This document shows, in pieces, positions 1 to 10,385 of a stretch of DNA of 64,000 nucleotides. Under the pieces are notes generated by a model. The model was not told the DNA's origin and ran no database searches. It was given only the letters and a program-made list of their open reading frames with translations. The position numbers and the translations under genes were made by a program. The DNA is from Thalia democratica (taxonomy: Eukaryota). Location: assembly GCA_965202585.1 (NCBI GenBank), contig OZ241831.1, forward strand, positions 17,918,001-17,982,000. The letters are read 5' to 3'. How positions within the stretch are numbered: position 1 is the first letter of the stretch; every line of letters begins with the position of its first letter.

Positions 1-132
1 AAAGGTTTATAATAATTAAACTAACATTCCTTTTTAACATTCTATCTTAAACAGAAACCAAAAAAAAATTAAAACATTTTGACGATAGTGAAATGAAACA
101 GTTTAGTACAGATAAATATCAAAAAGTATAAT

Positions 133-284
133 CTACTCAATATAGTCGAGATCTTCAGGTATTCCGAACTGCTTGTCAATTTGCTTCTCGTCGATTGGAA
201 ACTTTTTCTTTATCCACGATTTCAATTGGAACAAATTATCTGTCCACTTGTTTGCTGCCTCTTTTGATTCTTCGATTTCCGAAG
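133..284 (-). CDS. MND1: MND1 last coding exon ([50 protein letters not shown])
   Basis: Acceptor tttctag| at 286-285, TAG stop at 135-133, phase 1 matches the upstream donor. The translation matches the MND1 C-terminus (KEAANRWTDNIF...FGIPEDFDY in human). Confidence 0.95.
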
Positions 285-631
285 CTAGAAATGTTTTGTT
301 AGCTTGCAAGCTTTTTTGACAGGCATGAATGTTAAATTAACATGGTTTAAATTTCTATCAACAGTTTTTCAGAATTTGTTCCTAAACTTTCACTAAACGT
401 AAAGTATCTATCACAACAAATACAAAAAATTTAATTTATGAGAAAATTTTTGCTATATTACAAACATAATTTAACTTCAATTAAAAAACACAAAAAAATC
501 CAAGTATTAGTAAAACAAAAAAAAAAAGCACTTTTTATTACTTCATAATATTTAGTAACGGAAATATGATTGTATAAACCAAATAAATAATTACAGTAAT
601 GAACTTATTTGAAAAATATAGGGTTAATTAA

Positions 632-889
632 CAGGGTTGCCACTTATATCGGAGCAAAAAATCTGTCTGATTTACATTAAACTAGCTGGAGTTTATAAGA
701 ACATTGGAAATAAGTTGAAAGATGAAAAAACTAAAAAATTTCTGTTTAACTAGTTAAACTACTTATTTAATCAATTACAAAAGTCAAAGTACTTTAAAGT
801 GTAATTTTTAAGAAAACAAATTAAATTCAAAAAAAATTGCGCAACTTTTAGGAAATAAAAACAAACTACCCTGTTGTGTGGCAACCCTG
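632..889. mobile_element. MITE with CAGGGTTGCCAC termini (hAT-like), in MND1 intron
   Basis: TIR cagggttgccac (632) / gtggcaaccctg (ends 889); flanks aattaa / aagtaa (6-bp TSD, 1 mismatch). Confidence 0.8.
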
Positions 890-1029
890 AAGTAAGATAA
901 CAAATACTAGTTTAAATAATTAATTAGAAAACCTAAAAATAATCTTCTTAAATGAGTAAAAGCAAAATTATATGATATTAAGTTTTATATATATACTTTT
1001 TTTTTAATTATTTGATGTAAACACCATAC

Positions 1030-1144
1030 CAATTTTATCTAATAATTCTGGATCATTGTCTTTAAGTGATTCAAGTTCAATTGTAGCTTTTTCATGTTTT
1101 TCAGTGAGCTGTTTCAATTCTTGTAACACTTGTCTTCTGTGGTC
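1030..1144 (-). CDS. MND1: MND1 internal exon (DHRRQVLQELKQLTEKHEKATIELESLKDNDPELLDKI)
   Basis: caaag|GAC acceptor, G|gtatgg donor; phase 0 in and phase 1 out fit the neighbouring exons; coiled-coil ending in DP-E as in MND1. Confidence 0.92.
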
Positions 1145-2016
1145 CTTTGTTATTAAAAAGAAAAGCAAACATTAATATGAACTTTTTGGAAAGTACAACA
1201 TACTAAAACATACTAACTAAAGTAAATAAAATTAAGTATGAATATTTAAAGTTAAACGTTAAGCTTTGATTTTTTATTTGCTTATTAATTAGTTTTTTTT
1301 TAACTATCATTAAATCTATTGACTTGATCTTTAAAAATTTTGTTTAATAAGGATAATAAAGAAAAAAAATATATTGCAAACTCATAAAATTAGATTATCG
1401 TTTAAAACTGATGAGCAATAATCTTAGAATTATCTATTTTAAATTAAATAGTAGAACTTTATTTTAACAGAAATACTTTAAAAAAGCATATCTCAAAATA
1501 TTCTGTATCTGAAATGTGTAACATTAGTTGATAAAATATCATTGCTGCTTTATTGAAAACTCAATGGTTATGGCAACTTATATTAATACAAGAAGTAATT
1601 CTTGTATATTAATACAAGAAACTTATACTTATAAAATAGGTAATTCTAAAAGATAACTTATTTTACGAAGTTTTGGCTAAACAAATAAACACTACTCAGC
1701 ATGAGTCAATAACAATAACATAAACTTTATTTCATTAGTTTTATAACAAAAAGTTCAGTAATTGTGTACACAACTTTTTAACAAAAAACTTAGTGTTTAA
1801 AATGCAGTTTTTTCAACTATTTTTGTTAGCTTTATAAATTGCTGTTCAACGTTTGTTAGACACAAAAAGATAAATTAATTAAAATGAACATAAACCGTAT
1901 TAACAGTACAGGAATTTATATAATATATATCTTTTACTTAGCTTTATCGTTAGAATTTTTTTTTTTATTTTAGCAAAAAATAATATTATAAAACATGAAT
2001 GATATTAAATACTAAC

Positions 2017-2240
2017 ATTCTCAACTCTAACTGCTTGTGCTGCCTTAATGTTCTTCTCTACCGATGCTAATTTTTTCTCATATTCAGCCAGCTTTTCCTG
2101 CATTGCGTTCATCCGGTTATTTCTGGTGTTGATAGCAGTACTAGGAAAGGCCCAGTAGTAAGAACTGGTGCCAACTTTCTCACAAACAACCATGTCATCG
2201 TCCACAAGACCTTTCAGTACGTCCTTTACAGACATAGGGG
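2017..2240 (-). CDS. MND1: MND1 internal exon (PMSVKDVLKGLVDDDMVVCEKVGTSSYYWAFPS...VRVEN)
   Basis: ttttag| acceptor, AAT|gttagt donor; carries the MND1 winged-helix signature MSVK-VL--LVDD-MV-CE--GTS-YYWAFPS. Confidence 0.96.
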
Positions 2241-2659
2241 CTAAAATTATTATATGGTAAAAATCTACTCAAAATAAAATATCTAGTTAAAAACTCTATT
2301 TTTATCTAAAAACAGTCGTATAATATAAACTAAGTTTAAAAACTCAATCAAATCAATTTATAACTAAGGTAAATGCTTTTTGATACTTCAGAATCTTCAT
2401 TTTTTTATTTGTCCTTTTTCAAAGATTTATGTTGATATAATTATGATTTAATTAAAAATTAGTTCAATTTATTTAAAGATGATTAACTAAACTTTATAGG
2501 ATTTCGTAAAACTGTGCATTTTTAATATACAGCGAAACACCATTACTTATGGCGTTTCGCTGTATATTAAATTTTTACTAACCAACCCTTTAATATCACT
2601 CTATTTCAATTTAATAAAAAAAAATTACCTAATCTTGACTATACATCATTTGTTCATAT

Positions 2660-2666
<7 letters not shown>

Positions 2667-2698
<32 letters not shown>
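2667..2698. repeat. (AT)16 microsatellite
   Basis: Uninterrupted AT dinucleotide run. Confidence 0.95.
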
Positions 2699-2701
<3 letters not shown>

Positions 2702-2887
2702 TTCTAAACTCTATTTTTATTTTTTTGTTTGTAAATAAAATTTTGAAAAGGATGATGGCAGAAAAAAATATATATATTATATAGACTAAAATACACTGGA
2801 GAACACAAAAACATCCAAAATATAAAAGAAAATGTAAAACTAGTATGACTCATTAGTTCACAAACATGATAATGATAGAGTTTAGAA

Positions 2888-3151
2888 CAGGGATTCCCAA
2901 AGTAGGCCAAGTGGCCCCCTTGGGGGCCATGACAAATACTCAGGGGCCACGAGCAGCAAAGGGGTAAGAGGGGAGCCATGAGGTCATAATTTGAAACTTA
3001 AACTAGATATTCTCGAGTTGCAGATGAAGAGCAAAAAAAAGGTTATAGGTGTTTTTTTTATGGTAGTTTTTGAGTAATCTTGTTGAAGGGGGCCATGGCT
3101 TTTTTTATTTCTGTAAAGGGTTGGGATTGCAAAAAAGTTTGGGAAACCCTG
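2888..3151. mobile_element. hAT (Charlie-like) MITE
   Basis: TIR cagggattcccaaa / tttgggaaaccctg; flanks gtttagaa / ttctagaa resemble the NTCTAGAN hAT-Charlie target. Confidence 0.8.
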
Positions 3152-3730
3152 TTCTAGAATAATCTAGGTTAACCTTTGGTTTCTAAAAGGATTTTATAAT
3201 AAAAATATATTGATTTTTTTTAGTAAAAACGTAAAAAGAAAACAAACAAAGATATTAAAAAACTTTAACTTAATCAAATTATTTTTTTTTGCTTAAACAA
3301 AAATTTAAGTCATGTATATGTAAAAATTATAAAAAAAAAAAAAATTTGAGGTAAAAAACAGTTTCATATCCAAAATGTTAGATTTTAGGTAAATGTTGAT
3401 TAAAAACTTATTAGTGAAATAAAACTAAAAATTTTAAACAACAAATCAATTGTAAGTTAATTCAAATTTGCAATTTTTTTAGAATTAAAAAGTAAATGTT
3501 TTTCGAAAAAAACTAAATTCAATGTTTTTAAAAATTAGACAACATTTTCTTTTTCTTTTTTATACTAATGCAAATGATTTTGCAACCAAGTTTGCTTTAT
3601 AAATTAAAATACCAATTCATTATCAAAATAAAATATATTTTAATAAACCTTTTTGTGACTGATAAATTGTAAAGTCTTCATAGTGAAAACAGCTGCTTTA
3701 ATAAACTATATATATATAATTAGTTAAAAC

Positions 3731-3962
3731 CAGAGTTTCCCAATGTAAGCCATATGGCCTGACCATAAGCTGCAAATGGGCCAAAGAGGGGGGCATGAGT
3801 AGTAAAGGAGCCAAAGAGGATCTATGAGGCCACAATTTAAAACTTTCACTAGATATTCTGAAGTTGAGGTAAAAAGCAAAAAAAGGTCTTGGTTGCTTTT
3901 ATGGGTAGTTTTAAAACTTACACTAAACAAGGACTAAGGGGGCCATAAGGCCATAATTTGAA
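3731..3962. mobile_element. Truncated, diverged second copy of the 2888 hAT MITE
   Basis: Starts cagagtttcccaa and shares internal blocks (ataatttgaaa, ctagatattct, agcaaaaaaagg) with 2888-3151; no right TIR seen. Confidence 0.65.
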
Positions 3963-4482
3963 AGTTATCTTTCTTATAATGAACATATGCCCAAAAAACA
4001 AAAATATAAAAATAGATATATAAAATTATTTTAGTTATATAATTGTTTATAGTACATAAAATCAACAAGAATAATAATTATTCAGAATAGTAAATCAAAA
4101 CAAAAGTGATAAAACATAAGTTTTTTCACCAAAAATAAATAAGACAACCGTAAACAGTAACAGTTATTTTAAGAAAAATAGTTGCCTATTACACTTTTAC
4201 CAGGCTTCTATTAAAAATCATTAAAGTAAAGATTACCATTCAATCATAATTGATTTTTTTAAATTAGTAATATTAAAAAAAAATTAAGCTTAATGATCAT
4301 TACAGTTTTTAAAATTGGGTTTAGCTTTTAAAACCCATTTCAAAAATTTACTAATTACAAAAAGCAATATTTTTATACCTTTTTTTATTTGGCAAATATT
4401 AAAATAAGTTAAGCTCAATTTTTTTTTTTTATTTACTGAAAGTTATTAGTTTTAAGGCTCCTACTAAAATTCTAAAACTCAC

Positions 4483-4606
4483 TTATTCCTTTTTGTTTAG
4501 GAGCTATTTTCTCTAATTCTTTTAAGTGAAAAAATTCTTTTTTCTCGTAAAAAATTTCCATCATTCTCTTTCTCTTTTCATCTAAACTCAAACCACGCTT
4601 TTTTGA
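4483..4606 (-). CDS. MND1: MND1 second exon ([41 protein letters not shown])
   Basis: ttttgcag|TCA acceptor, A|gtgag donor; matches the MND1 N-terminus SKKKGLS-EEKR-RMMEIF. The four exons plus Met total 205 aa. Confidence 0.95.
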
Positions 4607-6063
4607 CTGCAAAAAAAAATATCTAAAATAATACAAGTAGTATTATAAATAAGTTTAGTGAGGTTCACAAAATACAGTAACAAGATATTTTAATTATTTC
4701 ATAAAACACTTAAGAGACAATACAATAAAATGCAACTAATAATTTAAATATGACTCTATCAAAATTTTTAATACTTGACCTTTAATGCATGAGTAAAAGT
4801 CCTAGATATACAAACCAAAAAGGCCTGACCATGTTTTAGCAACTTTAAGGCTTAATTTATTTAACACAAAACTTATTTATGAACACCTAGCGAGATTACT
4901 TCATGATACTAAGAAATATCAGTTTACAAAAAATTGTAGTTTAATGAGCAATAAACCTAAGACTAAAAACAAAAAATATATTATATAAAAAACAATAGTT
5001 TAAATAGTCTGAGACCTCTGTTTTTTGCTTAGTGTTTACTATTTTAAATACTATTTTTAATAAAGTTATTTTTAACTTCTAACATGTTACAAAAAATGCA
5101 AACAAATTTTAAACTTGATTAAAAATTTTACTAAATTAAATTTAATTTCAGTTTTAAAACATGCAAAAAAAAAAGTGATAATTTTCTTAACTTTTTAAGT
5201 ATTTTTAATCAAACCCAAAATTTAGTAATTATCATTAAAAACTCTTAAAAAGCTAAATAAATTTAGTCCTATACAAGTAAAAAAAAACAACTTCAAGAAA
5301 TTCATTTAAACAATATTAGATTTTTAAATTTTATAGTTGAACATGAAAACTTTTTTCTCCTTTAGATAGTAAAACGCTAAATTTTATCCACATAAACAAA
5401 AATTTTACGTTTGTAAACTGTAAGAGTGTTAACAAAAAAACTAAAATTGACCTTTTTAAATGCAAAACCTTTAGTTTTAAACAATTTTTCAATTTATAGA
5501 ATAATTCATAAAAAAGTAAAGTTCTTGCATTTGAAAAGGTTCATCTAAAATTAGAGTTATAAACCTAAATTATCTATAGAGTGCATCCTAGCTTATGCAG
5601 TTACTTGCTTATCCCACCAGTTTCAGTCAAGAATATAATTTGATAAAATAAGAAAAAACTTAAAATCAATATAAATTAAATTGTTTAGGTGTAATTTATT
5701 TTCATTAACTTAGTTTTAGATATAAAAAATTTAAGCTTAGTTTTTATTTTGCTTTGTTTTAACTGATTGGTTTGTTAAAAAATGAAAATAAATAACATTA
5801 TCATATAATTTAGTGTCTGTTTTTGTATAAGCGTTGCGTAATATAAAAAAGGTATATTTTTTGAAGAAAACTAATGCTTTGTTCTAATCTGACCTAAGGC
5901 TAATTTAGCAATAATTTTAAAAAAAGCTTGTCCAACATGGCCAAATTAGCAAGGAAGCACTGCACTTTTAAAAAAATATTTGTTGCCACTCTTTGAAGCC
6001 AAAAAACAGTCTGAGTTTAATAAACCATCTTTAATCTAATAAGCATTATGAACAATAGTATAC

Positions 6064-6981
6064 CAGGGTTGCCATTAGTTTTAGAGAAATTTCTTCCAGG
6101 TCTTCTGAATTTCTTCCAAGTTTTTGAAAGTACACACTTTTAACTCTATTTTTAGTTTAAAGTTTAAGGTTAAAAACAGTATTAAGTGGGTCACTTGTGC
6201 ACAAAGACACTTTTGTACGTGCAGACAATTTTGCATGGAGACATTTTTGCACGGGTTGATTTTTTTTTTTAATTATTTTTTTTACTAATTAATTTTTTTT
6301 TTTAATTATCACTGTTACCCTTGGTTGGTAACTTTTTTTTAATTAATTATTTTTCTTATTTTTTTTTACTATCACAGTTACCCCTTACCCTCGGTAAATA
6401 TCTTTTTATCTTTCTAATTAATTATTGTTTTTTTTTTCTAATAATTTTTATTAGTTATTATTTTATTTTCATTATTACTATCACTGTTACCCCTAACCCT
6501 TACCCTTGGTCAGTAACTTTTTTTTTCTTTTATTAATTTATCTTTTAGTTTTTTTTCTGTATTTTTTTATATTTATTTTTCTATTTTTTTTACTATCGTG
6601 CAAAAATGTAACTAGGGCAAAATTGACCGTTGGTGTAAAATTGTTTTTGTGAAATTTTGTGCCCTCTTACAAATTGTCTTTGTGTGAAACTATCTTCAAG
6701 CAATTTTGTTCTAGTGCAATTTAGTCTCCTTGTGCAATTTAGTAATCTTGTGCAATTTTGACCCGTTCCTGTCTTAAGTAGTATAATAACATTGAAAAGA
6801 TAGTGTAAAGCTACTTTAAATGTGTTTTTTAATAAAAAAAAATGATGATGACAAAAAAAATTATTGTTATGATTGATTTTTGGTGTTAAATCAACATTTC
6901 ACTACTTAACATGTAAAAATTGTTTAAGACTACAGGTTTTTTAGCCTAAATTGTCATATTTAAGGTTTTGTGACAACCCTG
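6064..6981. mobile_element. CAGGGTTG-ended MITE interrupted by a nested MULE-like element
   Basis: cagggttgcca (6064) / tgacaaccctg (ends 6981); flanks gtatac / gtatgc. The internal sequence 6771-6980 aligns with the 60940-61278 copy. Confidence 0.75.
6188..6770. mobile_element. Non-autonomous Mutator-like (foldback-type) element, nested
   Basis: Right end gcaattttgacccgttcc; inverted subterminal TTGCAC/GTGCAA arrays; 9-bp flanks gtattaagt / gtcttaagt; internal accctaacccttaccct units. Confidence 0.75.
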
Positions 6982-8421
6982 GTATGCATTTAATCTATTT
7001 TAGTGTAAACATTAAAAACTTTTAAGTTTAGTAAATTAAGTATATATGTATGTTTAACTTTTGACCATCTAAAAGAAAATCAACAATTTTTAGTGGTCAT
7101 GCAGTTATGAAGATAAGTAAATCTTTAATAGCATTTTTAGTAAGTAAAATAGTTTAAATTACCTACTGTGAACAAAAATTTATCAGCAACTTACTATGCA
7201 CACTTTATTCAGTGATACACTGTGCTGTGCACGAATGAAACATACTTGGGTAGGAGTTAAGTTTTTTTGATCTGTTAAAATTACTGACTGGATCAACTTG
7301 AAACCAAAAAATTTTATATTTTCTAAAGTACGGACACTCATTTACATAACTATATATGCAGTAAATTTGGAAAAACTGTCCACTGACAAAAAGTATTTTA
7401 AAAAACTAGTCTGAGTTTGAGGAAAAAAATTAAACTAGTCTGATTATTGCATTATAACCCAGATAATGTCCCAACAAGACATTAAAGGGTATCCTTGTGT
7501 GCAAATCAACAACTGAAATGCTTTTTTATGCACTAGGTCCTAGGACCAAATATTTTGAGTGTTTTTTTTTTGTACAATAATTTATATATATACAAAAAAA
7601 ATTTTATTTAAACTGAACAGATAAACCAGCTCAAGTTGGCCTGCTTTAAGTTATCCTTAGTTTTGCTTAAATAAAACTAACCTGAGTGTGTGACAACCTA
7701 TATATATAATTCAATCAAAATATATATATAAAATTTATAGGTTACACTTTTACTACATAATAAAACTAGCTATTTATTAGCAGAACACAAAATTTTATTT
7801 TTTCTAAAGCTTAATAAGAACTTTGTAAAATTTATTTGACTTTATTTTTATTAAATAATCTAATTATAACATAAGTACAATACTTATATATAATAAAAAA
7901 TATTTGAAGACAACAAACCATTTTATTCAAATTGTTGTGTTCAGAATAGTAAGAGTTAGCTCATATGTTATCACAAGTACTTGCATTAATACTGTGTTTA
8001 GCATTTAAAAACAAATTTTTGTGCTAAAACAAAGTGTCTTAAATATTTTTGTCTTCGAAGACATATCAGTGAAAAACTTTTAGTTTATTTGTTTTACATA
8101 TATAAATTGTTTATTGGACAAAAAAAAAAAACAAAGCATGCTCAAAAAACACATTAGTGAAAAAAACCATCTCGGTCATCGAGCGCACAGCAAACTTATA
8201 ATTGATTTTAATAATATCAATTTTTAATCCCAATTATTAATTTTATAATAAATGATACCGATTATTAAAAGATATTTTTTTAAGAATTTATTGAATTCAG
8301 TAAAACAAAAAAAAACTGTAAAAAATCACAACAGATTATAATATTGTTATAGAATGATTAGAGAATATAACTATTATAGAATAAAAATTAGCTTGATTAA
8401 AATACATCTTATTCTTAACTT

Positions 8422-8990
8422 AAGCTCACTTATTACTATTAACTACATTTTTATTTAAGCAATGTTTACTTTGAAAATCAACTAGAAAAAAATAGAAAGC
8501 TATCAACAGATAATTTTATTATTATTTGTGTTGTTCTTTGATTTTGAAACTTAAGTAAAAAATTAAAAATTTGTCACAAATTCAATCTTTATATAATAAT
8601 TTAACTTATTTAGTTTTTGGGTAAAACTTTGTTTTAACTATAAGTTTTTATATAAAGCATTCGTGGGGGATTTCAAATTTTCATAGCTATTGCATCCACA
8701 AAATTGTTTAAATTTTCAATAGTTACGTCACGACTAAAATGAGCTACGTTAAAATGCACCTCAACTTTTAGCTCACTTTATTAACTACATTTTTGCTCAA
8801 TCAATTTTTACTTTGAAAATTAACTAGAAGAAAAAAGAAAGCTACATACAGCTTTTAATATTATTGTTGTTATATTGATTTTAAAACTTAACTAAAGTTT
8901 AAACTTTACCTTAAACTCAATCTTAATATTAAAATTTAATTTGTATAGTTTTTTAAGTAAAAATTTTGAGTAAAAACTTGTTTTTATTTT
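8422..8990. repeat. Degenerate local tandem duplication (~215 bp; 8422-8640 vs 8769-8990)
   Basis: Shared blocks agctcactt..tattaactacattttt..tttactttgaaaat..aactagaa..gaaagcta..tgatttt.aaacttaa in the same order. Confidence 0.75.
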
Positions 8991-9040
8991 AATTTAATTG
9001 TTTAAATGCTATTTTTCATGACTGTCACATACCTTTTCAG

Positions 9041-9094
9041 ATTTATTTTAGCACTGACGAGGTCTTTGACCGAAACTTAGTTTGTAAAATAAAT
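9041..9094 (+). ncRNA. Minimal type I hammerhead ribozyme (Penelope pLTR type)
   Basis: Core CTGACGA 9054-9060; stem II ggtc-ttt-gacc; GAAA 9072-9075; 2-bp stem III ac-tta-gt; GUU cleavage triplet 9080-9082; 12-bp stem I atttatttta(g)ca / tgtaaaataaat. Confidence 0.8.
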
Positions 9095-10319
9095 TCATTA
9101 TTTCTCCTCCAGTAGCTGAGATCTCTCTGTTTGTTTTCTTAAAACCAAAACATATAGTAACAAACTATAGTATTTATATTTACTTATAAATTTAGCAAAC
9201 TAACAGCCTTTTAAAAAATCAATTCACCTCTAGCTTGTGCTTTTTAAAAATTTTAGTTTGAAAAAAATTAGTTTTTTTTTGTCTTGCCTATGAAAAATAA
9301 GTAGTATGTTCACTAAAAATTTAGTCAAATTAATGTTTAATTTTACTTTTAATTTGCAAGTTAGGTTTCTTTTCTTACTAACTTTCTAGTGTTTGTAAAA
9401 TGACGATTTCTAAACGTTAAGAACGATGAAAAAAATTAACAAAAAGTCATTGTATACTTTTATAAAACAAGAAGTTCAATAAGTATAAGTAAAAAGTGTT
9501 TACTTTTTATTAACTATTTAAATTTTTTTTTAAAGAAGTTTGCGGTGTTTGTTTTAAATTAAAACACGAATAAAAACTTAGAAATTGCACATTATTTTAA
9601 TATTTGATTATCTAGTTTGTTTAAAAACATTAAAAAAAAATAGCTTACTTTCTTATAGCGTGCAAGCATATACATACATACTTTAAAAAAAATTAAACAC
9701 AAATTATAAGTTTAACGATTGTATGTGAAAATACTAGCAAATCTAAATTTCAAACGACACGTTTATTATAATGTGTTTATTTATTTCTATATCTTGAAAA
9801 GTTTCAAAATTTAATTATAATTCAGTTAACTAAAAACAACAATATAAGGTAATTAATTCAATCTATATTGACTTATGTTATGTATGTTATGTAGTATATC
9901 TCAAAAGGTTACCCAGGTTTTCGACTTAAAAACAACTAATTTGGTTTATCTAAAGTTTACTGAGTATCTAGATTCTAGTGTTACAAATATTTGAATAGTA
10001 TTGTAAAAATTAAAAAAGTAGTGTTGTATATCTTGATTAAAAAACCTATAAGAAATTCAATAAAATGTCATATTCTATTTAAGAAATAGAATAAATTAGT
10101 TTTAAATTGATCTTATTCCACATAATTAGAATTTACAGTTTAGATCTTAATATTTTAAACAAAATGTTCCATTTTGTAAAATTTTGGTATTTGTTAGTCT
10201 CAGTACTTTTATATTGAAGTTTTGAAACGTAACCTCTTGACGTAAAAAATTGACGAGTCGCACATTTTGTTCTTAACAATAAATATACAAAATAATTTAT
10301 ACTAAATATAAGCATAGCT

Positions 10320-10385
10320 CAGGGGTCGGTAGGCATATGGTGGTGAAAATATAACCGGGCCTAAAAAACTAAATTCTAGATTTTA
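10320..10385. mobile_element. Solo hAT terminus fragment
   Basis: caggggtcggtaggca matches the reverse complement of the right end of the 58322-60885 element; no partner end found. Confidence 0.55.
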
